Shown in pieces: positions 8,289-17,942 of a DNA stretch of 32,000 nucleotides (position 1 is the first letter of the stretch; each line of letters opens with the position of its first letter). The position numbers and the translations under genes were made by a program. The stretch lies in NCBI GenBank assembly GCA_942493095.1, contig OW818675.1, forward strand, positions 2,940,001-2,972,000. The letters run 5' to 3'. The notes beneath the pieces were generated by a model. That model saw only the letters and a program-made list of their open reading frames with translations, was not told the origin of the DNA and made no database searches. Origin of the DNA: Candidatus Electronema halotolerans (GTDB taxonomy: Bacteria; Desulfobacterota; Desulfobulbia; Desulfobulbales; Desulfobulbaceae).

Positions 8289-8569
8289 CCAAGGAATATA
8301 TCGGTGTCAGTCAGGCTGAGGATGGCCAGTGGCAGTTCACGGTCCAGAAGAGCAGCGGCAAATGGAAGACCTGCAAGGGCTTCAGCACCGCCAAGGTGGC
8401 GGCTTTGCTGCGCGATGAGTATATTTTGCAGCACCGGCTCGATCAGCCCCGCAATTTTCCGCTCAAGCGGATGGCCAAGATGCGGAACGAGGCCTACGAG
8501 CAGATGTTTGGCCGCAGCAGCGGATTGACAAAGAACATTCCCTATCAACAAGGAGACAGCAATGGTTGA
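8285..8569 (+). CDS. small AP2/ERF-like DNA-binding domain protein (94 aa)
   Basis: The ATG at 8285 overlaps the lnt stop (ATGA), and the stop at 8567-8569 overlaps the prfB ATG at 8562. YIGVSQAEDGQWQFTVQKSSGKWKTCKGFSTAKVAALLRDEYILQH....RNFP follows the AP2 pattern (yrGV..r..gkW.A.I....gk...lG.F.t.eeAA.AYD.aa.......NFP). Confidence 0.55.
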   Translation: MTKEYIGVSQAEDGQWQFTVQKSSGKWKTCKGFSTAKVAALLRDEYILQHRLDQPRNFPLKRMAKMRNEAYEQMFGRSSGLTKNIPYQQGDSNG

Positions 8570-9675
8570 ACTGACAGAGATTTCAGAGGCGCGGCAGAAG
8601 ATTCAGGAGCTGAAGGAGAAAATGCTTGTCCTCAAGGAGCATCTTTGACTTAGATGGCAAGAAGTTGGACATTGAGCGGCTGGAAGCGGACTCGCTTGAG
8701 CCGGAGTTCTGGAATGATCAGGCCAATGCCAAAAAAGTGCAAAAGCAGCTTGGTCAGCTTCAGGATATTGTCATGAATTGGGAGCGGCATTTCCAGCATA
8801 TCGAAGAGACAGAACTGCTCTTTGACATGGCGATTGAGGAAGATGACGCGCAGACCCGGCAGGAGGTTGAGGCCTCCCTTGAACGGCTGGCCAAGGAGGT
8901 GGATGCGGTTGAGCTGGAGTGCATGTTTGACGGCGAGCACGACAGCTGCAATACCCTGCTTATCATTCATGCGGGCGCGGGCGGCACCGAGGCCCAGGAC
9001 TGGGTGGACATGCTCCTGCGCATGTATCTGCGCTGGGCGGAGCTGCACGAGTTTTCCGCCGACATTCTTGATTATCTGCCCGGCGACGAGGCCGGGGTCA
9101 AGTCTGTCACCCTGCTGATCAAGGGCAAGAACGCTTACGGCTACACCCGCTCCGAGGTCGGCATTCACCGGCTGGTGCGGATATCGCCTTTTGACGCATC
9201 AGGCCGACGGCACACCTCCTTTGCCTCGGTCATGGTTCTGCCGGAGCTGGATGACACCATTGACATTGACATCAATGAAAAGGAGCTGCGCATTGACACC
9301 TTCCGGGCCAGCGGCGCGGGCGGCCAGCATGTCAACAAGACCGACTCAGCCATCCGCATCACCCATCTGCCGACCGGGATTGTGGTCCAGTGTCAGAATG
9401 AACGGTCTCAGCACCGCAACAAGGACATGGCCATGAAGATGCTCATGGCCCGGCTTTATGAAAAGGAGCGGGTGGAGAAGGAGGAGGCGCAGGCCAATCT
9501 GCACGGCGAGAAAAAGGAAATCGCCTGGGGCAGCCAGATCCGCTCCTATGTGCTCCAGCCCTACCGGCTGATCAAAGATCACCGCACCAGCATGGAGGCG
9601 GGCAATGTCGAGGCAGTGCTTGATGGTCGGCTTGATCCCTTCATCAAAGCCTTTCTCCTCTGGCAGCCCCAATAA
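8562..9675 (+). CDS. prfB: peptide chain release factor 2, made by a programmed +1 ribosomal frameshift at 8643-8649
   Basis: Frame 0 reads MVELTEISEARQKIQELKEKMLVLKEHL and ends at the in-frame TGA 8646-8648. The +1 frame continues DLDGKKLDIERLE... through to 9675. Contains the RF2 SPF tripeptide (RISPFDA) and GGQ (SGAGGQHVN). Confidence 0.95.
8634..8649 (+). promoter_or_regulatory. RF2 autoregulatory +1 frameshift site (internal SD-like element + CUU UGA C)
   Basis: AAGGAG CAT CTT TGA C. This is the same architecture as E. coli AGGGGG TAT CTT TGA C. Confidence 0.9.
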
Positions 9676-9687
9676 TCAGCATCCTTG

Positions 9688-9714
9688 CGGGCAGACGTTC
9701 TGTCTGCCCGTTTT
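9688..9714 (+). terminator. Rho-independent terminator downstream of prfB
   Basis: A 9-bp perfect stem CGGGCAGAC / GTCTGCCCG with a 5-nt loop GTTCT, followed by TTTT. Begins 13 nt after the prfB stop. Confidence 0.7.
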
Positions 9715-9810
9715 GCCTTCCCAGCACTGGCTTTTGCCGATGCTTTGCCATTCTCGTGCGCCCCTTCCCTGCAATCTGCCCCGGCCCATGCGCTGGCAGC
9801 ATTGACTTCT

Positions 9811-10839
9811 TCACTGCTGCTGGCAAAAGGCGGCAAAGTCCTCCAGCTTATGCAAGGCCGCGCCGCTGCTGATCACTTCCCGCGCCAAGTCAATTCCTGC
9901 CCGCAGCGTCTCAGCCCGGCCCGCCGCCATAAGCGCGGCTCCGGCATTGAGCAGCACCATGTCTAATTTCGCACCCGGCTCGCCGTCAAGCACCGCCCGC
10001 ACCTGCTCCGCCGCCTCTGCTGCGGTCTTGCCGCCCTTGATCTCGGCAAAGCCCGCCCGCTGCAAGCCAAGCTCCTCCGGCGTGACCGCATAGCTTTCCA
10101 CCGTGCCGTTGTATGCATCAGCAAGATACGACGCGCCGGTGACAGTCAGCTCGTCCATGCCGCCCTCACCCCAGACCACTAAAGCACGTTTCATGCCCAG
10201 CCGGGCCAGCACCTCGGCAATGGGCACAAGCAGCTCTTTGGCAAACACGCCGGTGAGCTGGACATTGGGCCGGGCCGGATTGGTCAGCGGGCCAAGGATG
10301 TTGAAGATGGTGCGGATGCCCAGCTCGCGGCGTGGGCCAATGGCGTATTTCATGGCCCCGTGCAGCATGGGCGCAAAGAGGAAGCCAATGCCGACCGTGC
10401 GCACGCAGGCCGCCATCCGCTCCGGCGGCATGGTCAGGTCTGCGCCCAAAGCCTCCAGCACATCCGCACTGCCGCAGGACGAGGACACGGCCCGGTTGCC
10501 GTGCTTGGCCACAGGAATGCCTACCCCGGCAACAACAAAGGCCGTGGTGGTGGAGACATTGAAGGTGCCGGAGCTGTCCCCGCCCGTGCCGACGATGTCC
10601 ATCAGCAGGCCGCTGGCCGGGTCAATGCCGGTGTCAACAAAGGTCGCCTTCTCGCGCATCACCCGCGCCGCGCCGGTGATTTCGTCAATGGTCTCGCCCT
10701 TCATGCGCAGGGCGGTGATGAAGGAGCCGATTTGCGCGTCCGTGGCCTGACCGGTCATGATTTCCTCCATGACAGCGGTCATCTGCGCTTCGTTCAAATC
10801 TTGACTGGTGACGATTTGAGCGATTGCTTCTTTGATCAT
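9811..10839 (-). CDS. trpD: anthranilate phosphoribosyltransferase
   Basis: Contains GSFITALRMKGETIDEITGAA, DIVGTGGDSSGTFNVSTT, KHGNRAVSS and NILGPLTNPA. No other trp genes in the window. Confidence 0.95.
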   Translation of the reverse strand: MIKEAIAQIVTSQDLNEAQMTAVMEEIMTGQATDAQIGSFITALRMKGETIDEITGAARVMREKATFVDTGIDPASGLLMDIVGTGGDSSGTFNVSTTTAFVVAGVGIPVAKHGNRAVSSSCGSADVLEALGADLTMPPERMAACVRTVGIGFLFAPMLHGAMKYAIGPRRELGIRTIFNILGPLTNPARPNVQLTGVFAKELLVPIAEVLARLGMKRALVVWGEGGMDELTVTGASYLADAYNGTVESYAVTPEELGLQRAGFAEIKGGKTAAEAAEQVRAVLDGEPGAKLDMVLLNAGAALMAAGRAETLRAGIDLAREVISSGAALHKLEDFAAFCQQQ

Positions 10840-11104
10840 ATTGCTGTGCCTTATGTTGAGGTATGCTCGGCACCATCACCAAGGCTGATGCGGACACCGG
10901 GCGCAGAACGGATAAATTTCCGGCAAGTCCTACCCATCGTTGACGAAAGGTGTTACACTCAAACTATGATATGCCATGCTTTTCAGCAGCTCGAAAACAG
11001 GCCGGAGTCCCAAAAAGACCGGTGCAGTTTATCCGCTTGCCGCAGCAGGCACCACTGTTTTTTGAATATTTTCCAAAAGGCTCAGAGAATCTTCATAAAG
11101 AAAA

Positions 11105-12145
11105 ATGAAAATCTGTCCCAAATGCAAACGACGAACCGGTGACGAGCGGTGCGACAACTGTCAGCTTGTCTTTGCCGAATACGAACAGAAAAAACAGGAG
11201 GAGACCGCTCAGGTTTACAAGCTGATCAGCAGCGGCGAACTTGAGCAGGCCAAGGACTTGGCTCGGAACCTGTCCAACGAGTTCCCGGACAGCAGGAGCG
11301 ATTTCATCCTCCTGATTTCCAACATCAACCGGGACCTGAACATTGCGGGCAAGTACCGGCAGGCAAAGGAGCTGCTCGACCAGGGCGAGCACGAGAATGC
11401 CGCCATGCTGCTGCGCAACCTCAAAGCCTTTGACCCTGGTCTGTCAGAAAAGGTGCTCACCCTTCGCCGCCGGGCGCAGCGGCGCACGGACGACAGCAGC
11501 AAGTTTGAGCAGGCAGAGAAGCTGTTTGCCAAGCAGGACTATGACGCGGCCCGCAAGCTGCTGCGCCAGCTCAGGGGCGGCAAACAGCAGCAGGATGCGG
11601 AAGAGCTGCTGGCAAAGATTGACGCAGTGAAAGAAGGACTGCTCCGGGAAGCTGTGGACAGCGTGGGCAGCAATTTTTTCAATGCCGCCCGTGAGCACTT
11701 GGAGGTGCTGATCCGGCAATTTCCTGAAGTGAAGCAGGAGCAGGCCGCCCTGCTGGCTCTTTTGGACAAACGGCGCAAGATCAGCGAAAAACTGGCGGCA
11801 GCGGCTGCCAAAGCCAAACAGGAGAAACGTTATCTTGAGGCCAAGGTGCTTTATTCCTTCCTGATCTGTCAGGACCCGGACCTCCGGCCCAGTCTGCTGC
11901 CCCAGCTGGAGGAAATCGGCCCTCAGCCTGCGGTCAGTTTGGCGGACGGCGCGGCAAAGGAGCTGGATGCGTTGGCAGACCTCGGCCTTGCGGCCAATAA
12001 CCAAGGGCTGCTGCACGTGCTGGCCAAGGAAACAAGCGGGCAGACCGTCAGCATTGCCCCGGTGCTGGCTGTGTTCCCTTCACCAGCCGATCAGCCCAGT
12101 CAGTCGGTCAATATTGACGGCGAAGAGGTGGCGGACTTTGCCTGA
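11105..12145 (+). CDS. zinc-ribbon protein with helical (TPR-like/coiled-coil) repeats, unknown function
   Basis: N-terminal CPKC..(9)..CDNC zinc ribbon, then Lys/Glu/Ala-rich helical repeats (e.g. YRQAKELLDQGEHENAAMLLRNL, FEQAEKLFAKQDYDAARKLLRQL). Confidence 0.65.
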   Translation: MKICPKCKRRTGDERCDNCQLVFAEYEQKKQEETAQVYKLISSGELEQAKDLARNLSNEFPDSRSDFILLISNINRDLNIAGKYRQAKELLDQGEHENAAMLLRNLKAFDPGLSEKVLTLRRRAQRRTDDSSKFEQAEKLFAKQDYDAARKLLRQLRGGKQQQDAEELLAKIDAVKEGLLREAVDSVGSNFFNAAREHLEVLIRQFPEVKQEQAALLALLDKRRKISEKLAAAAAKAKQEKRYLEAKVLYSFLICQDPDLRPSLLPQLEEIGPQPAVSLADGAAKELDALADLGLAANNQGLLHVLAKETSGQTVSIAPVLAVFPSPADQPSQSVNIDGEEVADFA

Positions 12146-13425
12146 GCCGCCGCACTTTCTTGGCAAATTTTCTTCCTCGCCCGCATCAGCCGCCGGACAT
12201 TCAGCTCTGTGAAGGAAATCAATCCATACGGGCGGAAGATCATGATCAGGATCAGCAGCAGGGGAATGATGATCCACTTGAACAGCTCCAGCGGTTTGAG
12301 CATCTCACTGAGCAGGCTGATGCTGACCGCGCCGACAACGGAACCGGCAATTGAGTTCAGGCCGCCGAAATAGACCATTGCCAAGGTCTCGGCTAAATTT
12401 TGGATGCCAAAGCTGCCTGGGTTGATGTAGCGGAGCACGTGCGCAAAGAGGCCGCCTGCCACGCCTGCCCAGAAGGCCCCGAACATGAAGGCGGTCATCT
12501 TGGTGCGGCGGGTGTTGATGGTCATGGAGCTGGCTGCGGCCTCGTTGTCGCGCACCGCGTTCAGGGCCTTGCCGTAAATCGAAGTGGTGAAGTTGTGAAC
12601 AATCCAGATGCAGAGGCTGGTCCAAGCAAAGATCATGGGCAGGGAGGAGTAGTCAGGCTGGCTGCCCAGACCACGCGGCCCGCCAATGAACTCCATATTT
12701 TCAATCGCGCTTTTGACAATGAACATGAAAGCTAATGAAATGACAGCTAAATAATCGCCGCGAGTGCGGAACGACGGAATGGCGACAATCAGCGAGCCGA
12801 GTGCGGCGGCGGCCCCGCCAATGAGCAGAATCAGCGGGAAAAGCCACGGCCCAAGTGCGGCAGGCAGCAGGGCTGGGCCAAAGAGTTTGTCGTCAGCAAA
12901 GAGACGGAGAGTGAGCGCGGACGAGACATAGGCGCCGATTGCCATGAAGCCGGGATGCGAGCAGGAAAATTCGCCCTGCCAGCCGTTGATGATGTTCAGG
13001 CTGAGGGTGAGAATGACCGAAATCAGGGTCAATTTGACCACGAGAATGCGGTAGTCGTTGATGCCTGCCCAGAGGTGGAGGATGCCGTAAAAGGCGGCCA
13101 GATGCAGCAGCGTGGCGGCCCAAGTCGGCAATTTTTCCAGACTGGCTGAGAGGCGGTTCATCAGCGGCGCGGAGAGTCGGGCGACAAGCAAGGTCGGCAG
13201 AATATAAATCAGCAGGTCATAGCCGAGCACACCGGGAATCAGGTCCGGGTCTTTCAGCATCACAAGTGTGCCGAAGAGCACTGGAATTTTCGGCAGATAG
13301 AGATAATACGAAATCGCGTCGCCGAGGAAGTATTCCAGCAGCACTGCGATCAGGCCACCGAGGAGCCAGCCGGAGAGAGGGATGGGGGAAAAAAAATTCA
13401 GACACTTGCGGAGCAATTTTATCAT
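12100..13425 (-). CDS. branched-chain amino acid ABC transporter permease (LivM-like), without partner genes nearby
   Basis: Polytopic membrane protein with LSLNIINGWQGEFSCSHPGFMAIGAYVSS, which fits the LivM/LivH motif l.lnl..G.aGq.slgh.aF..iGAY. The 3' end overlaps the convergent ORF 11105..12145 by 46 nt. Confidence 0.8.
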   Translation of the reverse strand: MIKLLRKCLNFFSPIPLSGWLLGGLIAVLLEYFLGDAISYYLYLPKIPVLFGTLVMLKDPDLIPGVLGYDLLIYILPTLLVARLSAPLMNRLSASLEKLPTWAATLLHLAAFYGILHLWAGINDYRILVVKLTLISVILTLSLNIINGWQGEFSCSHPGFMAIGAYVSSALTLRLFADDKLFGPALLPAALGPWLFPLILLIGGAAAALGSLIVAIPSFRTRGDYLAVISLAFMFIVKSAIENMEFIGGPRGLGSQPDYSSLPMIFAWTSLCIWIVHNFTTSIYGKALNAVRDNEAAASSMTINTRRTKMTAFMFGAFWAGVAGGLFAHVLRYINPGSFGIQNLAETLAMVYFGGLNSIAGSVVGAVSISLLSEMLKPLELFKWIIIPLLLILIMIFRPYGLISFTELNVRRLMRARKKICQESAAAQAKSATSSPSILTD

Positions 13426-13599
13426 ATTGTCATGTAACAGCTGATTATTTTTAATATAAAAGCATTGAGCATTTCAAGGTAGTTCAGGTGTATTTACTCA
13501 AGCATATCCCCTTTTGCACTCTGAAAATATTGCTGCAAGATTCATCGAATATATAATTAATTCAGGAGCTGGCATATTAAATTTCCCAGCATGGAAAAA

Positions 13600-14937
13600 T
13601 CATCTCATCTTCCTCCAAGCAAGGGTCAAAACAAATCCAGCCTGAACCGCGACAGGAAGAATGGTATTGATGAAATTTGATTCAATAAATGGAACAAACC
13701 ACGGCAGCAGCACTTTTGCCTCAGCGATTTGCAGCAGGCTTGGCACCAGCATATACAGGATGGCTATATAAAAGAGTGCTGTCACATCTCTGTTCTTTTT
13801 GGTTGAACTGAAATTGACATACAGGACAATGCCAATGTCGCGCAGGCAGAAGAGGAGCAGAGCCAGTGGAGAGAATTGAATGAAAAAATCCTGTTCCTTG
13901 TTCAGGTCAGCCAACCCAGCCGCGTTGAAAATAAGCATGACTGCGCAGAGCATGGCGGCAAGCAGGAACGAAATCAGCCAAGCAGGAATTTTTGTCATCA
14001 GTCCGGCCCAGTTCTTCTGCTGTGCTCGGCTGCGGATCAGTCGGAAATCAACAAGATGCTTAGGCTCTGTCAGCAGCATGATATAGAAGGAGATGACTGC
14101 GATGGCAAACGAAATCCAGCTGCAGATGAGCAGCCGGTCAGCGAAACTGAGCGTGGCATCAGGAGGAATGAAACCAGCGCAATAGATCATCATACTGATG
14201 AGAAAAATGGCCCAGACTGTTGGCCTGCTCTCAAACTGCAATTCCTTCCGCATGGCCCTATACATCCCGACTATTCCCCATAAACAGAAAAACAGCGAGG
14301 AATAGAGCATGATGTCGAAAGGATGCAGATCCATGCCGAACCAGTGCGCAGTTTCTTGGACATTATAGGCGGCAGCCGCAAAGGATGAGACCTGCATAAG
14401 CAGCAGCAGAGCAACTATCGAATAGGACGAAACTCTCATCTTTGCCGCTTCTCTTTTTTTGGCAAATTCTGTCAGAATTGAGGCGAGCATGGTTGTCTGA
14501 ATGCAGCTACCAGCAAAAATGCTGAAAAGAAGCATCTTCAGCATCCGCTGCCCTTCCGCCGCTGGAATGGCGGCAGTGCTGGCGGCAAAGACTAAGAGGC
14601 AGAACAGGCCGCCATACCAGGCAAACAGGCTGCTGCCGAGGAGCTTGCCCCACGCCAGACTCCACGGGCCAATGGCGGTCATCCGCTGGCTGTCCCACGT
14701 CCGGTCGTTGAACTCGCTGATCAGAGACTCAACTGCCATTTTTGTCCCCCAGACAAAGACAAGCGCGGCAAAAAGAATCAGCGCGGCAAGTTGCAGCGGC
14801 GGCGCGGCTGGAGCCTTATTGTCCACGCTCAGATAGACAACAGCGAACATCATGCCGATGACAACCGGCATCAGCACCAGCTTGACTGGATTCAGTTCAA
14901 GCTGAATATTTTTTCTGAATTCAGGATTCCAGATCAT
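13600..14937 (-). CDS. polytopic membrane protein, probable permease partner of the upstream ABC ATPase
   Basis: About 10-12 hydrophobic segments. Starts 6 nt after the stop of the ABC ATPase gene on the same strand. No specific family recognised. Confidence 0.7.
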   Translation of the reverse strand: MIWNPEFRKNIQLELNPVKLVLMPVVIGMMFAVVYLSVDNKAPAAPPLQLAALILFAALVFVWGTKMAVESLISEFNDRTWDSQRMTAIGPWSLAWGKLLGSSLFAWYGGLFCLLVFAASTAAIPAAEGQRMLKMLLFSIFAGSCIQTTMLASILTEFAKKREAAKMRVSSYSIVALLLLMQVSSFAAAAYNVQETAHWFGMDLHPFDIMLYSSLFFCLWGIVGMYRAMRKELQFESRPTVWAIFLISMMIYCAGFIPPDATLSFADRLLICSWISFAIAVISFYIMLLTEPKHLVDFRLIRSRAQQKNWAGLMTKIPAWLISFLLAAMLCAVMLIFNAAGLADLNKEQDFFIQFSPLALLLFCLRDIGIVLYVNFSSTKKNRDVTALFYIAILYMLVPSLLQIAEAKVLLPWFVPFIESNFINTILPVAVQAGFVLTLAWRKMR

Positions 14938-14943
14938 GGCCGC

Positions 14944-15852
14944 TCATTTTTTGACAGTTTCGAGGTACTGCTCCTGCACCCCTTCTTTTTTGCAGAAAAA
15001 TTCAGTCACTGCAATGCCTTTCTGCACCAGTTCCCGCAGCAGCAGGGCCAGCTCCTCGTCGGTGCCGCTGAACTGAACGCAGACTGCGTCCTGCTCCTCG
15101 CGCAGTTCTGTCACCCCGTTCATGCGCCGGGCAATTGCCGCAATGCGTTCCTGGCCGCTGGCGGAGCGGATCAGCACTTTTCTCAGGCCGCTTTTTTTGA
15201 CAAGAGAACGGTGCTCAACCACCCGGCCTTCGCGCAACACAAGCATGTCATTGGCATACTGATCCAGCTCGGCAAGGATGTGCGACGAGACGACAAGGGT
15301 CATCTTTTTTTCCGCGTTCAGGTGCAGGAACAGTTCTGCCAGAGCCATCCGCGCCTCTGGATCCAGCCCAGAGGCAGGCTCGTCCAGCAGCAGGACTTTG
15401 GGATAATGGACCATTGCTTGGCCAATGGCTAACCGCTGCCGCATTCCCCGCGACAACGACGCGGCCCGGCTGCGGAATTTATCGCTCAGATGGAGCAGTT
15501 CGGCCACTTCAGCGGCCCGCTCCTTGGCAAGGCGGCGGTCAAGATTCTGGGCAAGGGCAAAATATTCCAACGACTGCTGGACCGTGAGCGCGTCATACAA
15601 GCCGAAGAAATCAGGGAGAAAGCCCATGAGTTCATGGCAGCGGCGCGGCTCTTCCAGCACATTGATCCCGCCGACCGCAATCGCGCCGCCGACTGGTTTC
15701 GTCAGTCCGGCAACGCATTTGAGCAGCGTGGTTTTTCCAGCTCCGTTCGGCCCGACCAGCGCGGTGATCGCTCCTTCATCAATCGCGAAAGAGACCTGAT
15801 CCAAGGCCTTGGTGTCTAAATATTCGTAAACAAGATTTTTGACAGCGATCAT
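14944..15852 (-). CDS. ABC transporter ATP-binding protein (ABC-2/exporter type)
   Basis: Walker A GPNGAGKTT, signature LSRGMRQRL, Walker B LLLDEPASGLD, H-loop SSHIL, and a C-terminal extension of about 90 aa. Confidence 0.9.
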   Translation of the reverse strand: MIAVKNLVYEYLDTKALDQVSFAIDEGAITALVGPNGAGKTTLLKCVAGLTKPVGGAIAVGGINVLEEPRRCHELMGFLPDFFGLYDALTVQQSLEYFALAQNLDRRLAKERAAEVAELLHLSDKFRSRAASLSRGMRQRLAIGQAMVHYPKVLLLDEPASGLDPEARMALAELFLHLNAEKKMTLVVSSHILAELDQYANDMLVLREGRVVEHRSLVKKSGLRKVLIRSASGQERIAAIARRMNGVTELREEQDAVCVQFSGTDEELALLLRELVQKGIAVTEFFCKKEGVQEQYLETVKK

Positions 15853-15916
15853 TTCAGTTGGTCCGGCTGACAGCAGACATCATGTTGGCTTGCCCAGTAG
15901 TCACTGTTTTATCTTC

Positions 15917-16942
15917 TCACTCGCACTGCCCTGCCGGTGCCTGATGCCCCAGCAAGGTTTCGGCGGCAAACGGCTGCTGCGAATTGTCCGGCTGCACCGT
16001 GATCACGGTCGCATCTGCCGGAGCCTGATAATCGCCCCAAGCGTTCAGCCGCCAGAGATTAGGTGCCTGCGGGCCGCCGAAGCTCTTGTCCATGCAGTAG
16101 GGTGTGGTGTCGCCATGCACCAGCAGCACTGGCCTGCGGGCTTCATCCCATTTGGCAAAGTTGCGGGCATAGAGGCGCAGATTGTCGCGGAAGCTGAGAA
16201 AGGCATCGCAGTTCATGCGGTTGGTGCTGGTGCAGGGGCCGCCCGCATTCTGGGCTGTGACATCCGCTTGAGTCAGGACCACCATTGCCTTGGCATCCGC
16301 CTTCAGAGCAGCTTCAAAAGATTCCTTCAGCCAGACGCGGTCAGCCTGATCCCGCGCCTCCACCAAAGCCAAGGCTGCTTCAATGTCATCTTGGAGAATC
16401 TCCAGACGACCATTGTTCGTGGATACCAGATGCACGGTCACAAAAAACACGCCGTCCTGCATCCAGCGGGCATTTTCCGGGAAGTTGGGCTGACGGGCAT
16501 AGTGCCAGCTTTCCGGCAGGTTCATCTGCTGGCCGAAAAAGAGCTGGCGGATCAAATCCAAGCTGGCCAGTTCGGAAACAGGCTGCTGGAGGAAATCCCG
16601 GTCGCAGTCAGTCCACTCGTTGTCGCCCGGCGTGTAAAAGACCCGTCCGGGCAGCAGGCTCATAATATCATCCCGCCGCTCAGTGAGCAGCTCTTTGGTG
16701 CAAATTTCGCCGCCGCCTTTGATATCACCGTAATGAACGACAAAAGGCGGATCAGCAGCTTTGATGGCCGGAGCAATTTCTTCATGAATGCGCTGATTTT
16801 CCTCTGCTGAATAGGGAGTATCGCCGATGGCGATGAACTTCATGCTGGTGCTTGCAGAGTGTTGAGATTGCTGTTGCTGGGCAAGGGCGGAACTGGCAGT
16901 CAATCCTGCGGCAAGGCAGAGAAACAAAACAGTGCGTTTCAA
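15917..16942 (-). CDS. secreted calcineurin-like metallophosphoesterase
   Basis: Signal peptide MKRTVLFLCLAAGLTASSALAQ. Metallophosphatase motifs AIGDTPY, HYGDIKGG, TPGDNEWTDC and LVHGD. Confidence 0.85.
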   Translation of the reverse strand: MKRTVLFLCLAAGLTASSALAQQQQSQHSASTSMKFIAIGDTPYSAEENQRIHEEIAPAIKAADPPFVVHYGDIKGGGEICTKELLTERRDDIMSLLPGRVFYTPGDNEWTDCDRDFLQQPVSELASLDLIRQLFFGQQMNLPESWHYARQPNFPENARWMQDGVFFVTVHLVSTNNGRLEILQDDIEAALALVEARDQADRVWLKESFEAALKADAKAMVVLTQADVTAQNAGGPCTSTNRMNCDAFLSFRDNLRLYARNFAKWDEARRPVLLVHGDTTPYCMDKSFGGPQAPNLWRLNAWGDYQAPADATVITVQPDNSQQPFAAETLLGHQAPAGQCE

Positions 16943-16979
16943 TTAAGTCTCCATAACGAAAAGAGAATGAGGGGTGGCA

Positions 16980-17474
16980 TCAGGGCTTGATGCCCGCATA
17001 GGATGTCGGGGCAGCGGAATCCGCCGCTTCTGCGGAGACGGCCTGTGCGGAAAATTGCTCAAAGAAATACTCCTGCATGGCTTTGGGGTCAAAGTCGAGC
17101 AGGGTGCCGCCAGTGGCAAAATGGAGGATGAAAACTTTGCCCACCGCATAGGTGGTGGCCGCATTCAGGCCGGAGCAGCTCAACATGGCCAAGGGTGCGC
17201 TGACCGGCAGAAGTTTGAACGCACCTGCCAGCTTTGGCGCATGAACAATTGAGGTGCCACTGCCAAGCAGGGCCGAGAGCAGTGCCCTGCTCCGGTGTTC
17301 GGAGAACTTCACTTCGTAAAGCGCGGCCAAGGCGTGAATCAGCTTGAGCTGTAGGGCGGTGACAGCGACCAGATCAACAAAGGGAATGGGGAACAGACCA
17401 ATGCCCGCGCTGCCCCAGACATACTTTTTCAGCGTTTTTTCAGCTTGTGCTGTTTTATCCTGAGCTTCTTTCAT
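16980..17474 (-). CDS. DUF697-like small membrane-associated protein
   Basis: GIGLFPIPFVDLVAVTALQLKLIHALAALYEV resembles the DUF697 (YcjF-type) core. Sits 32 nt downstream of the hemopexin fragment on the same strand. Confidence 0.55.
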   Translation of the reverse strand: MKEAQDKTAQAEKTLKKYVWGSAGIGLFPIPFVDLVAVTALQLKLIHALAALYEVKFSEHRSRALLSALLGSGTSIVHAPKLAGAFKLLPVSAPLAMLSCSGLNAATTYAVGKVFILHFATGGTLLDFDPKAMQEYFFEQFSAQAVSAEAADSAAPTSYAGIKP

Positions 17475-17506
17475 AGCAGCTTTCCTTGCAAGAGAATTTT
17501 GTCAGC

Positions 17507-17916
17507 CTACTCAAAAAACTTCATGTCTTCAACATAACTGCCGATGATGCTCTTGGGATAACCCGGATCAGCCCGGTACATCGTCAGGTCATAGCGGATA
17601 TGCTGATCGCCCCGGAAAAAATAGACTTTGCCGTTGCCCCAGTAGGTGGCGGCATCAATCCGGTCAAAGGTGACCCCTGCCCAGCGGCGGCTGATGAGCT
17701 GGGGATAGCCCTCCTCCACCTGCTTTGCCGCATGATTGTAGCACAGATACTGATTGCCCATGAACAGATAGACAAAATCCGGCCCGGCATTCAGGGCCGC
17801 ATCAATCCGAGTGAAGCCGACACCGGGCAGAGCCTCGCTGATGGTCTTGGGATATCCAGGCGCAATTATGCCGCTCTGCAAATCCATGAGCACGCAGCTG
17901 CCCTCGTCAAAAAAAT
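17507..17916 (-). pseudogene. 3' fragment of an IS-disrupted MACPF-hemopexin gene (hemopexin-like blades 2b-4)
   Basis: Reads ..DEGSCVLMDLQSGIIAPGYPKTISEALPGVGFTRIDAALNAGPDFVYLFMGNQYLCYNH..EGYPQLISRRWAGVTFDRIDAATYWGNGKVYFFRGDQHIRYD..DPGYPKSI. These are repeated hemopexin signatures (IDAA...vYfF.G.qy..y....gYPk.I). Removing the IS and one TSD copy puts this fragment in frame with 19197..20367. Confidence 0.8.
17908..17916. repeat. target-site duplication, left copy (CAAAAAAAT)
   Basis: The same 9-mer occurs at 19197-19205. Each copy directly abuts an IS terminal inverted repeat. Confidence 0.75.
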
Positions 17917-17942
17917 CAGTAGTGTCCGGTTAGGTTTTTGCA
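17917..17942. repeat. IS terminal inverted repeat (transposase 3' side)
   Basis: CAGTAGTGTCCGGTTAGGTTTTTGCA versus the reverse complement of 19171-19196, CAGCAGTGTCTGGTTAGTTTTTTGCA. Confidence 0.85.
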
